The translations under genes were made by a program, and so were the position numbers. Under the pieces are notes generated by a model. It saw only the letters and a list, made by a program, of their open reading frames with translations, made no database searches and was not told where the DNA came from. From IMG/VR virus record IMGVR_UViG_2529292906_000017: 18,305 bases of DNA. One strand, 5' to 3'. Shown here piece by piece: positions 1 through 10,104 of the stretch; positions within the stretch are counted from its first letter, which is position 1; every line of letters begins with the position of its first letter. Source of the DNA: a virus. Taxonomy: Duplodnaviria > Heunggongvirae > Uroviricota > Caudoviricetes.

Positions 1-1284
1 TTACAGACTTCTGGAAGGTTGCGCAGCTCTTACAACACGCGGTTGATCTTCCGCAGCGTCTTCCAGCGCACTTAAATCACGGTCTTTCACCTCTGGCATT
101 TTCAGCGCAGAGATTAAACCAATCACTGAATATGCCATGATCATAATGGCGATCGGATACCAGGATTCCGTCATGGTGCAGAAAATACCCGCCAGGATAG
201 GACCAAAACCGGAAGCGATAAGACCACCAATTTCTTTAGAAATAGCCATCCGGGTAAAGCGGTTTTTACAGCCGAACATTTCTGCCATGGTAATGTTTTC
301 CAGAGCAAATAATCCCAGCACCGCACAGTTATGAATCACAATCAGTGCAACCATAATGGTGCTCGGGGCATAGCTTTTATCTACAATGATAGAAAGCATT
401 GGCCATGCCAGCACAATCGCGGAGGTATTCATAATAATATACGGGATCCGGCGACCAATTTTATCGGATAACCAACCAAGGAACGGAATGGTCATAAAGC
501 CGAGAATCGAACTGATCATCAATGCATCTGTTGGAATTGCTTTGTTAAACAATAACGTCTGCACTAAATAGCCTGCAAGGAAAGTCTGAATTAACCCGGA
601 GTTACCCGCCTGACCAAAACGCAGCCCTGTTGCCAGCCAGAAGGATTTGCTCTGGAACATGCTACCAGCAGGTGCAGGTTTTGCTGTCGGTTGGTTACTG
701 TCGTTAACCTTCTCAAAGACCGGGCTTTCTTTCAGATTCATACGCAACCAGATAGCAAAGACCATCACGACAACACTCGCCAGGAACGGTATACGCCATC
801 CCCACGCCAGCAGTTCCTCTTTACTGAGAATGAAGAACATAAAGGCCCAGATTGCCGTTGCGCTCAAGGTTCCGCAGTTAGTTCCCATAGCCACAAATGA
901 GGAGATAATTCCGCGCTTACCTTTTGGCGCATATTCCGCCAGCATCGTACCGGCACCGGAAATTTCCGCACCTGCACCCAACCCCTGAATAATACGCAAC
1001 GTCACCAGCAAGATGGGTGCAAAAACACCAATCTGTGCATAGGTCGGTAACACACCAATTAAGGTGGTACAGATCCCCATCATGGTGATGGTAATAAAGA
1101 GCACTTTTTTACGCCCTATTCTGTCGCCCATTTTGCCGAAAATAAATGCTCCGACAATACGCGCCACATAACCTGCACCGTAGGTTCCCATTGCCAGAAT
1201 TAACGCCATTGCCGTTGATGATTCAGGAAAAAATATTTCATGAAACACTAACGCTGCGCCGAGCGAATATAACTGGAAATCCAT
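1..1284 (-). CDS. ydfJ: MFS transporter (metabolite:H+ symporter family), probably 5'-truncated at the prophage junction
   Basis: 427-aa ORF with MFS motif GDRIGRKKVLF and multiple hydrophobic helices. The first Met aligns with the internal (E-W)-x-D-F position of MHS transporters and an in-frame stop lies 2 codons upstream, so about 25 N-terminal residues are missing. Confidence 0.8.
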   Translation of the reverse strand: MDFQLYSLGAALVFHEIFFPESSTAMALILAMGTYGAGYVARIVGAFIFGKMGDRIGRKKVLFITITMMGICTTLIGVLPTYAQIGVFAPILLVTLRIIQGLGAGAEISGAGTMLAEYAPKGKRGIISSFVAMGTNCGTLSATAIWAFMFFILSKEELLAWGWRIPFLASVVVMVFAIWLRMNLKESPVFEKVNDSNQPTAKPAPAGSMFQSKSFWLATGLRFGQAGNSGLIQTFLAGYLVQTLLFNKAIPTDALMISSILGFMTIPFLGWLSDKIGRRIPYIIMNTSAIVLAWPMLSIIVDKSYAPSTIMVALIVIHNCAVLGLFALENITMAEMFGCKNRFTRMAISKEIGGLIASGFGPILAGIFCTMTESWYPIAIMIMAYSVIGLISALKMPEVKDRDLSALEDAAEDQPRVVRAAQPSRSL

Positions 1285-1887
1285 AATTCACAGGTGTTTT
1301 TTCCCATCCTGTGGTTTCCTTGGCGTTTTCTAGGTTTTTTCAGATAGTTGCATTTTTTAAAAAGCATCCTAAGTTCGATCTCAGTGTCTATCTGGGGCCC
1401 ATTTCTGTCCCATATATGCCCCAAAAAAACTCCTCAACAGATAAGTAGTTTTTTCATGGAGTTACGCGTAAAATCAATAACGGCTGGAAATCATTCAATA
1501 CTCGCACTATCGAAAAATTTACCAGCCAACCGCAGCACGTTCTTGCATAAGGCGTGTCTGCGGTTTTTCAACTATTCAGATACATCACTCCCATCACATT
1601 CATTCCTCCACATCAAAGGCATATAGGCTATATCACCTTGATATTTTTCTTCTTCAGATAAAAACTGTTATCTATGTATACTTTTAAACCCAATCCGTGT
1701 AGAGTCTCTGCATAAGATAGTTTGCAGTTGCCACTTCAGCTTGCGCCATAAACCGCCTGATTTTTGCCGCCATCTGTTAGCATTCCTGTATACCTGAAAC
1801 GACAATGTTTATCTACGAACTTTAAGAACACCCAGGATAAAAATTGTCAACTATATCATATATAACACATTATTAATTCGAGGCTAT

Positions 1888-2001
1888 ATGAACAGCATAC
1901 TGATAATCACTTCGCTCCTTATCATATTCAGCATTTTTAGTCATGCTCTAATAAAATTAGGGATTGGCATATCCAATAACCCAGACAAAACCGATGTATA
2001 A
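1888..2001 (+). CDS. Candidate small hydrophobic protein (37 aa), unassigned
   Basis: ATG at 1888 preceded by GAGG about 8 nt upstream; translation [37 protein letters not shown] has one predicted TM helix. Not in the ORF track (under 60 aa). Could be chance in AT-rich DNA. Confidence 0.2.
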
Positions 2002-2069
2002 GTCAACATATCCTGAATCAGACATACAATATCGCAATGAAAATCAATAATATTTTAAGGAATATATTC

Positions 2070-2302
2070 ATGAAATCAAAAGACACCCTAAAGTGGTTCC
2101 CTGCGCAGCTTCCTGAAGTCAGAATTATCCTAGGGGATGCTGTAGTGGAAGTAGCAAAACAGGGAAGACCTATCAATACCAGAACATTGCTTGATTACAT
2201 TGAAGGAAACATAAAGAAAAATCATGGCTGGATAACAAAGAATTATTACAAACAGCGATATCAGTTCTTAAAGACAACCAAAATTTAAATGGTAAAATGT
2301 AA
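2070..2302 (+). pseudogene. ydfK: YdfK/YnaE-family cold-shock-induced protein with an apparent 1-bp contraction in an A run
   Basis: N-terminal part MKSKDTLKWFPAQLPEVRIILGDAVVEVAKQGRPINTRTLLDYIEGNIKK is in the frame of track ORF 2037..2288. A second open frame (KSWLDNKELLQTAISVLKDNQNLNGKM, stop 2300..2302) joins it only if the A5 run 2217..2221 were A6, giving 77 aa. Confidence 0.55.
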
Positions 2303-2618
2303 TATAATAAACTTACTTCTTTATCATTTTTCCACTTTAACAACATTTTGCTCCACTTTTCCACGACCAAACAACTTGAAATCTGGTTAAAATAACACGC
2401 AACACTATTCTTCTTCCTTGAGTCCGCCCGGAACTCGAAAAACAAACCGAGTTAAAGCCATTTTTCACAAAATCGATTTTGGGTCTCACCAAAGTTACGG
2501 GGTTGCATACGCATTCGTTTATTTTCGAACGTGTACATACAAATATGCACAAAAATAATCAAAATTATTTTCTGAGATGCATTATGATATGAACACCAAT
2601 TTCGTATAGAGTCTCACT

Positions 2619-3209
2619 ATGTCTCGAATTTTTGCTTACTGTCGGATATCAACGCTGGATCAGACCACCGAAAATCAACGCCGGGAAATCGAAAGTGCAG
2701 GTTTTAAAATCAAACCTCAGCAAATAATCGAAGAACACATTAGCGGCTCAGCAGCAACCAGTGAGCGTCCTGGTTTTAACCGGTTGCTTGCTCGCCTGAA
2801 ATGTGGTGATCAATTGATTGTGACAAAACTGGATCGCCTTGGTTGTAATGCAATGGATATCAGGAAAACAGTGGAACAACTGACCGAAACAGGTATCAGA
2901 GTGCATTGCTTAGCATTGCGGGGCATTGACCTGACCAGTCCAACAGGAAAAATGATGATGCACGTAATTTCAGCAGTCGCTGAATTTGAACGAGACCTTT
3001 TACTTGAACGCACTCATTCCGGGATAGTAAGAGCCCGCGGCGCAGGGAAACGTTTTGGTCGACCACCTGTGTTAAATGAAGAACAGAAACAGGTGGTATT
3101 CGAACGAATTAAGTCAGGTGTAAGTATAAGTGCCATTGCCCGGGAATTCAAAACCTCGCGGCAAACCATTTTAAGAGCCAAAGCAAAACTTCAGACACCT
3201 GACATATAA
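2619..3209 (+). CDS. pinQ: Serine recombinase / DNA invertase (Hin/Gin/Pin family)
   Basis: 196-aa ORF; N-terminus [20 protein letters not shown] carries the resolvase/invertase catalytic Ser motif and there is a C-terminal HTH ([20 protein letters not shown]). Symbol inferred from Qin-like context. Confidence 0.88.
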   Translation: MSRIFAYCRISTLDQTTENQRREIESAGFKIKPQQIIEEHISGSAATSERPGFNRLLARLKCGDQLIVTKLDRLGCNAMDIRKTVEQLTETGIRVHCLALRGIDLTSPTGKMMMHVISAVAEFERDLLLERTHSGIVRARGAGKRFGRPPVLNEEQKQVVFERIKSGVSISAIAREFKTSRQTILRAKAKLQTPDI

Positions 3210-3306
3210 AAAATAATCTCGGTGTGAGATGCTTTACGTCTTCCAAGCCCCCTTCCTTGCCGTAAATGGAGAGATACATCTAATTATAGAATTTATATGT
3301 TTTACC

Positions 3307-3882
3307 CTACGGCAGTGCTGGCCATTCAATATCCGGTGCAGTTGATGTATCAACACGGTTCAGCAACACCCGATACTTTTTCCAGGCTTCCAGCAACAAG
3401 GTTTCTTCCTCCGTTGCGATCTCCAGATCCACAGCATCCTGAAGCGGCGCTATATGCTCACTGGCTATCTGCATCAGGCTGTTTTTTGTTTCTTCCGCCT
3501 CCCGGATCCGGAACAGTTTTTCTGCTTCCGTATCCTTCACCCAGGCTGTGCCGTTCCACTTCTGATATTCCCCTCCCGGCGATAACCAGGTAACATTTTC
3601 CGGTAACGGACCGAGTTCAGAAATAAATAACGCGTCGCCGGAAGCCACGTCATAAACCGTTTTACCCCGATGATCTTCAACGAGATGCCACGATGCCTCA
3701 TCACTGTTGAAAACAGCCACGAAGCCTGCCGGAATATCTGGCGGTGCAATATCGGTACTGTTTGCTGGCAGACCTGTATGAGGCGGAATATATGCGTCAC
3801 CTTCACCAATAAATTCATTAGTTCCGGCCAGCAGATTATAAATTTTTATGGTCCGTGGTTGTTCACTCATTCTGAATGCCAT
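3307..3882 (-). CDS. tfaQ: Tail fiber assembly protein (lambda Tfa-like)
   Basis: 191-aa ORF, near-identical over its length to lambda Tfa as recalled ([24 protein letters not shown]...). Start overlaps the stop of the upstream stf fragment. Confidence 0.85.
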   Translation of the reverse strand: MAFRMSEQPRTIKIYNLLAGTNEFIGEGDAYIPPHTGLPANSTDIAPPDIPAGFVAVFNSDEASWHLVEDHRGKTVYDVASGDALFISELGPLPENVTWLSPGGEYQKWNGTAWVKDTEAEKLFRIREAEETKNSLMQIASEHIAPLQDAVDLEIATEEETLLLEAWKKYRVLLNRVDTSTAPDIEWPALP

Positions 3883-4190
3883 TACGCAAGCCTCACAATA
3901 TAGTTAAATGCGATGTTTTTGACGGTGTTTTCCGCGTTACCAGCAGCGTTAACGGTGATGGTATGTCCATGTGAACCAATCGCAACGGAGTGCGTATGAG
4001 CACCAATACCGACAGTATGTGCGTGTGCACCTGCGCTTGCAGCAGTACCCGATACAGAGTGCGTATGAGCGCCTGCAGAAGAAGTGTTAACACTGTATTT
4101 AGAATAATCAGGTGATCCACTTCCCGGAGCACCACTGGAACCACCTGAAACAAATGTCATCGAATGGGTATGTGCACCGGCTGTCCCCAT
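3882..4190 (-). pseudogene. stfQ: C-terminal remnant of side tail fiber protein (Stf) with GAHTHS repeats
   Basis: 102-aa ORF with repeated GAHTHS motifs, ending [11 protein letters not shown] as in lambda Stf C-terminus. Only about 100 codons remain; the upstream part is replaced by a J fragment in another frame. Confidence 0.75.
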
Positions 4191-5437
4191 GCATTTACCG
4201 CCCGGACTGTCAGCCTGTAATTTCCCAGCGCCAGCTGCGTGAAGCGATATGTGGTTTCCGTCGTCCGGGCCGTGCTGACCAACCGCTCACTGCCGTCGTC
4301 CGCTGCCACGGTCAGGCGAAGCATAAAGCTCACCCCCTTCACCACCTTCGGCGTGTCCCAGCGCGCCAGCACCTGGTATTCCCCGCTGTCTGCGGTGACT
4401 TCTGCGGTCAGGTGCTGAACTGCTGGCGGCGTGACACCATTCACCGTGCCGCTCTGGTCACCGTCAAAGTGCGCCCCGTTATCCACGATGGCTTCTTTCT
4501 CCGGTACATGCTGCACGGCAGTGATGGCATACGTACCGTCATCGTTCTCACGGATACTCACACAGCGGAACAGGCGCTGACGCAGCGTCGGCAGCTTCAG
4601 CCCCCACACGCTGTACTCGGCAACGCCGTCAGGAACCCGGCTCACTTTCACCTTCACGCCGTCGGTGACGGACTGGACCTCCACGCTCACCGGATTACCC
4701 TGCCCGTCAACCAGGCTTATCAGCGTGGTGCCGGAGGATGGCAGCGTGATTTCACGGTCGAGCGTCAGTGTCCGCGTCTGGCTGTTCACCGCCAGCACGC
4801 GCCCGCCGATGCTGATCCCCGCATAGTCATCATCACAGATTTCAATGACATCACCTGGTACATGGCGAAGCCCTTCGGCACCCACGCTGAAGTCCACGGT
4901 CTGCGTTTCCAGCAGTTCCGTTTTAATCAGCCACAGCCCGGCTCGGTGCGCCTGCCCCCGCCTGGTACAGCCAAAGGCATCCATCTTCGTGACGTTACGA
5001 CCGTAACGGGCAATGGCCTGCGTGTCCTCCACAAGCTCTGTCGCCGTCTCCCAGCCGTTATCCGGGTCAATCCAGTTCACCTCAACGGCATTATGGCGGT
5101 CCTTCAGGGCGCTGAAGCTGTAGCGGAACGGCGCGCCATCATCCGGCATCACCACATTACTGCGGTTATAGGTCCACACCTTATCTGATGGTCGGTCCTG
5201 CACGAACGTCAGCGTCTGCCCGTTCCATACCGGCATACAGCGCATCGCCGAGCAGAAATCACTGAGAACATCCCACGCCTTACGCTGTGTGGTCAGCCAG
5301 GCATTACAGGTGATGCGCGGCTCCGTGCCGCCAAAACCGTCCGGCACCGACTGGTCGCAACACTGGCCGATGACATACAGCGCCCATTTATCCACATCTG
5401 CCGCACCAAGACGTTTACCCATGCCGTAGCGCGGGTG
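4157..5437 (-). pseudogene. Internal fragment of tail tip / host specificity protein J (lambda gpJ-like)
   Basis: Translation from HPRYGMGKRLGAADVDKWALYVIGQ to [11 protein letters not shown] matches lambda J mid-region closely. The first 29 residues of the 455-aa track ORF are an out-of-frame read of Nu1 DNA, and the C-terminus diverges 7 codons before the stop. Confidence 0.8.
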
Positions 5438-5672
5438 GCTGGAGATCTGTCTCGCTGGCCTGCCGCAGTTCTTCAACTTCCCGGCGCAGCTTTTCGTTCT
5501 CAATTTCAGCATCCCTTTCGGCATACCATTTTATGACGGCGGCAGAATCATAAAGCACCTCATTACCCTTGCCACCGCCTCGCAGAACGGGCATTCCCTG
5601 TTCCTGCCAGTTCTGAATGGTACGGATACTCGCACCGAAAATGTCAGCCAGCTGCTTTTTGTTGACTTCCAT
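5415..5672 (-). pseudogene. nohQ: Terminase small subunit Nu1, N-terminal DNA-binding fragment fused into J-derived sequence
   Basis: Translation MEVNKKQLADIFGASIRTIQNWQEQGMPVLRGGGKGNEVLYDSAAVIKWYAERDAEIENEKLRREVEELRQASETDLQP matches lambda Nu1 residues 1-79; homology ends at about 5436 and the frame then reads into J DNA. Confidence 0.8.
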
Positions 5673-5679
5673 TGTTCAT

Positions 5680-5880
5680 TCCACGGACAAAAACAGAGAA
5701 AGGAAACGACAAAGGCCAAAAAGCCCGCTTTCAGCACCTGTCGTTTCCTTTCTTTTCAGGGGGTATTTTAAATAAAAACATTAAGTTACGACGAAGAAGA
5801 ACGGAAACACCTTAAACCGGAAAATTTTCATAAATAGCGAAAACCCGCGAGGTCGCCGCCCCGTAACCTGTCGGATCACC
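5680..5880 (-). other. Lambda-type cos site (cosB, cosN at 5850..5861, cosQ-side flank)
   Basis: Reverse complement of 5673..5861 is GGGCGGCGACCTCGCGGGTTTTCGCTATTTATGAAAATTTTCCGG...GTCCGTGGAATGAACA, i.e. the lambda left end with about 5 substitutions and no indels as I recall it, directly upstream of the Nu1 start. Confidence 0.75.
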
Positions 5881-6060
5881 GGAAAGGACCCGTAAAGTGA
5901 TAATGATTATCATCTACATATCACAACGTGCGTGGAGGCCATCAAACCACGTCAAATAATCAATTATGACGCAGGTATCGTATTAATTGATCTGCATCAA
6001 CTTAACGTAAAAACAACTTCAGACAATACAAATCAGCGACACTGAATACGGGGCAACCTC

Positions 6061-6294
6061 ATGTCAACGAAGAACAGAACCCGCAGAACAACAACCCGCA
6101 ACATCCGCTTTCCTAACCAAATGATTGAACAAATTAACATCGCTCTTGAGCAAAAAGGGTCCGGGAATTTCTCAGCCTGGGTCATTGAAGCCTGCCGCCG
6201 GAGACTGTGCTCAGAAAAAAGAGTTTCTTCTGAAGCAAACAAAGAAAAGAGTGACATTACTGAATTGCTCAGAAAACAGGTCAGACCTGATTGA
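6061..6294 (+). CDS. ynfO: Small ribbon-helix-helix-like prophage protein (77 aa)
   Basis: 77-aa ORF MSTKNRTRRTTTRNIRFPNQMIEQINIALEQKGSGNFSAWVIEACRRRL; basic N-terminus plus beta-strand/helix pattern typical of Arc/CopG-type folds. Symbol from Qin gene order; fold assignment is inference. Confidence 0.6.
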   Translation: MSTKNRTRRTTTRNIRFPNQMIEQINIALEQKGSGNFSAWVIEACRRRLCSEKRVSSEANKEKSDITELLRKQVRPD

Positions 6295-6351
6295 AGCAAT
6301 TTAGATAATCGTGCAGACTACGCCCCCTCATATCACATGGAAGGTTTATCT

Positions 6352-6762
6352 ATGGATCAGGTAGTCATTTTTAAACAAATATTTGATAAAGTTCGAAACG
6401 ATTTAAACTATCAATGGTTTTATTCTGAGCTAAAACGTCACAATGTCTCACATTACATTTACTATTTAGCCACAGAGAATGTTCATATTGTATTAAAAAA
6501 TGATAATACAGTGTTATTAAAGGGCCTAAAAAACATTGTGTCTGTCAAATTTTCAAAGGATAGGCATCTTATAGAAACGACCTCTAATAAGCTGAAATCC
6601 AGAGAGATCACATTTCAGGAATACAGAAGAAACCTTGCTAAAGCAGGAGTTTTTCGGTGGGTTACAAATATCCACGAACAAAAAAGATATTACTATACCT
6701 TTGATAATTCATTACTATTTACTGAAAGCATCCAGAAAACTACACAGATCTTACCACGCTAA
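6352..6762 (+). CDS. ydfO: DUF1398-family prophage protein
   Basis: 136-aa product from the second Met ([30 protein letters not shown]...); the track ORF 6337..6762 adds 5 codons. Placement after ynfO and before gnsB matches Qin order. Confidence 0.7.
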
Positions 6763-6913
6763 ACCATAACGTCCGGCTTCTCTCACTCCTGAGCCGGACT
6801 GCATTGGTTTAATAAAAACCATCAACAATTGTGATTTAGATATTCGGAACCATTCAAATATAACAAAACCCCGTAAAAACGAGGTTTATGGATAAATTTT
6901 ATTATTGAATACA

Positions 6914-7086
6914 TCAGATTAAATTAATCTTGACATCATAGCTTTCAAGACCCGTCATTTTTTCCCGTGCGGTAAACTGAATACTGGTAACTTCTTTCCC
7001 GGTCTTTTTCTTAAGTTCAATAATTTTTTTGTTATATATTCAGAAATATCTGCTTCTGCTTTTGTTTTTAAGTTTTCAATATTCAT
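6914..7086 (-). pseudogene. gnsB: GnsA/GnsB-family protein with an apparent 1-bp contraction in a homopolymer
   Basis: From ATG at 7084..7086 the frame gives MNIENLKTKAEADISEYITKK and stops at 38 aa. A second frame reads IIELKKKTGKEVTSIQFTAREKMTGLESYDVKINLI to stop 6914..6916. They join into a 57-aa GnsB only if the T7 run 7024..7030 were T8. Confidence 0.65.
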
Positions 7087-7257
7087 CATTTCCTCTTTTA
7101 GTCTGTTATGACTTTCCAGTTACACAGTAAGTCGATTATATGGTGCAAACGTGTAAAAGATAAGATGAAACATCGCAATAATCAACATACGATAGTCTAA
7201 ATTTTACACAAACAGACAAAGAGAATTTTCCTGAATTATCAATGCAATAGCATCAAA

Positions 7258-7412
7258 TCAACTCAAGAGCCTTATTGCTGCTTCCAGAATTTCTTCTGAA
7301 GTAACATGTCGATCCGCGGCTACATAAATGACTTTATGATCTCCGGTCAGAGATGGAAACCCTGCGGCCATTACAGTAAGGTGTGTTTTTCGCCATTTGG
7401 ATATTCACGCAT
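7258..7412 (-). pseudogene. ynfN: YnfN-like cold-shock-induced small protein with an apparent 1-bp contraction in a homopolymer
   Basis: ATG at 7410..7412 gives MREYPNGEKHTLL then stop. With one extra A in the run 7386..7390 the frame reads MREYPNGEKTHLTVMAAGFPSLTGDHKVIYVAADRHVTSEEILEAAIRLLS (51 aa), stop 7258..7260. Confidence 0.5.
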
Positions 7413-7529
7413 GATGGTGTTAACTCCAGTCATCGCTGGCACTACCACTGCTGGTTCAGAGTTAAAAAAACTATGATTTTTTCATGATGTTACCGTAGTA
7501 TGTGAGTATCCATCGAATAGACACCAAGC

Positions 7530-7560
7530 AAAAAAGCTCCCGAAGGAGCCTTCATTTTCA
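7530..7560. terminator. Hairpin with flanking A and T runs (possible bidirectional terminator downstream of cspI)
   Basis: AAAAAAGCTCC-CGAA-GGAGCC followed by TTCATTTTCACTTTTTT; on the minus strand the stem is followed by TTTTTTGC. Confidence 0.4.
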
Positions 7561-7756
7561 CTTTTTTAAATCCAACGACAGACGGCTGGCATTTAAGTAT
7601 TGTGAAATATTATCAAATGTAATCATCATTGATTTACAAAAGATACATTTTGCCCCGAAAGGATTCATGTCAGAAACATCAAAAGATGATGTTCTATACT
7701 GGGAACCATGACAACACGGGCATCTAAAGTGAATATGGTTTGTAATATTGTCTACC

Positions 7757-7969
7757 TCAAAGCGCCACTACATGAACAGCGGCAGGACCTTTAGGTCCGT
7801 TCTCAATACCAAATTCAACTTCCTGATTCTCAGTTAATGTTTTGAAATCGTTGCTCTGAATTGCTGAGAAATGGACAAACACATCTTTGCTGCCATCTTT
7901 CGGCGTGATGAAACCAAAACCTTTTTCAGGGTTAAACCATTTCACTAAACCAGTCATTTTGTTAGACAT
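7757..7969 (-). CDS. cspI: CspA-family cold shock protein
   Basis: 70-aa [41 protein letters not shown] with RNP1/RNP2-like motifs (KGFGFI, VFVHF). Confidence 0.9.
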   Translation of the reverse strand: MSNKMTGLVKWFNPEKGFGFITPKDGSKDVFVHFSAIQSNDFKTLTENQEVEFGIENGPKGPAAVHVVAL

Positions 7970-8330
7970 AATTATTACCTTTTGAAGAAATTAGCCCTTG
8001 GGCAGAATGGTCCGAAAAAAATATCAGAGAGAAAAACCAACAAGGAAATCTCAAGAGGTACAAATAATAAAATTATAACAATGACTGCTTCAGATAAATT
8101 TGTAACAAACCAGAACACCATTAACGCATGATTAACCACCCATAGCAAGGATTACTTTTGTAAAGAAAAACACAGCAATGAAAGAATAGCTTTATTTATT
8201 AATAAAACGTGTCATTCTGATTAAGACCTTTTATCTTACCCTTAAGATTTCAGGAATTTTGGCTCATGGAAGAGTCCTTTTTATTTAAATTTTACATTCC
8301 GCGATGTAAATGTTCCGATTTAATATTACC

Positions 8331-9353
<1,023 letters not shown>

Positions 9354-9357
<4 letters not shown>

Positions 9358-9665
9358 AGATATTTATGATGAGGACGCTCGTGCTTATTGGCAGGATTTT
9401 CAATCTTAAAGGAGTACTGATGCTGCAGATAAGACTCAACTTTTTCTGACAATTTTTCTGCTACTTCCAGGAAGACTTGCCGGACGCTCCTTCTGGCTGC
9501 TGCCTCATAAAACTCCAGCGCAGCTCCTTCAACACGGTCCATGGCGACATCCAGGTCAAAAATTTCACCGTCAAAGCGTTCTTTGTCCTGTAAGGCTACA
9601 GTTACCGTAACTTTATTCTCAAAATTACGGACTCCTTTCACAACCAGTTCATAGTCTTGAGTCAT
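9354..9665 (-). CDS. ydfR: DUF1327-family prophage protein located between holin and endolysin
   Basis: 103-aa ORF MTQDYELVVKGVRNFENKVTVTVALQDKERFDGEIF...; 4-bp overlap with the endolysin start. Function unknown. Confidence 0.7.
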
Positions 9666-9669
9666 TGGA

Positions 9670-9885
9670 TTACTCTCCTCTCGCAGCCTTACGCCTGTCT
9701 TCTTTAATCTTGAAATAAAGATTTGTCAGATACGTCAGCAGGCCAAAAACCAGGCTACCCAGCACACCGATTGCAGCCCACTGTGACGGAGTTACTTTAT
9801 CGAGTAACTGCAATGCCCAGAAACCAGCATTACCCGCCGATGTGCCATAGGCAACACCTGTTGTTAACTTATCCATTGATTTCAT
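9670..9885 (-). CDS. essQ: Class II holin (phage 21 S-like pinholin) with dual-start motif
   Basis: 71-aa product [71 protein letters not shown]; two TM helices, Met1/Met4 dual start, charged C-terminus. The track ORF 9670..9960 extends upstream. Confidence 0.85.
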   Translation of the reverse strand: MKSMDKLTTGVAYGTSAGNAGFWALQLLDKVTPSQWAAIGVLGSLVFGLLTYLTNLYFKIKEDRRKAARGE

Positions 9886-10104
9886 ATCCTCACCCCGATG
9901 TACACGGATGGTGCAATATGTTTGAAAAGATCGGAGTCTACGGGGTAGTTTTGACAGCACACGTTGTTCTCAACGGCGCTAAAAAAACATACACATTAAA
10001 AATGTGGGTAATTATTTTGAAAGAAAGTCATATATAAAATAATAATACGAGAAATGTTTTCATATTTAGTGTACTGTATACGGCCATTTATACAGGAAAA
10101 GCCT

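Noticed and set aside
137-988. Four plus-strand ORFs (65-113 aa)
   Set aside because: All antisense to the MFS transporter gene, which has clear family motifs; no independent support.
1348-1626. 92-aa plus-strand ORF in the intergenic region upstream of ydfJ
   Set aside because: No RBS, Ser/Leu-rich low-complexity translation in AT-rich DNA; more likely 5' UTR or promoter DNA.
1285-2036. tRNA gene or tRNA-derived attachment site at the prophage end
   Set aside because: No cloverleaf-compatible sequence or CCA-proximal acceptor-stem pattern; the junction appears to lie inside the ydfJ coding region instead.
3246-3271. Possible Din-family crossover site between pin and tfa (TTCCTTGCCGTAAATGGAGAGA)
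   Set aside because: Poor match to the 26-bp consensus and not palindromic; kept only as a remark under the orphan-invertase finding.
3930-4170. Repeated GTGCGTATGAGC-like units that might suggest a tandem repeat or CRISPR-like array
   Set aside because: They are in-frame codons for the GAHTHS repeats of the tail-fiber C-terminus; no spacer periodicity and no cas genes. No CRISPR array is present in the window.
4112-5188. 358-aa plus-strand ORF
   Set aside because: Lies entirely antisense to the well-supported J fragment; Arg/His-rich low-complexity translation typical of a GC-rich antisense frame, no RBS.
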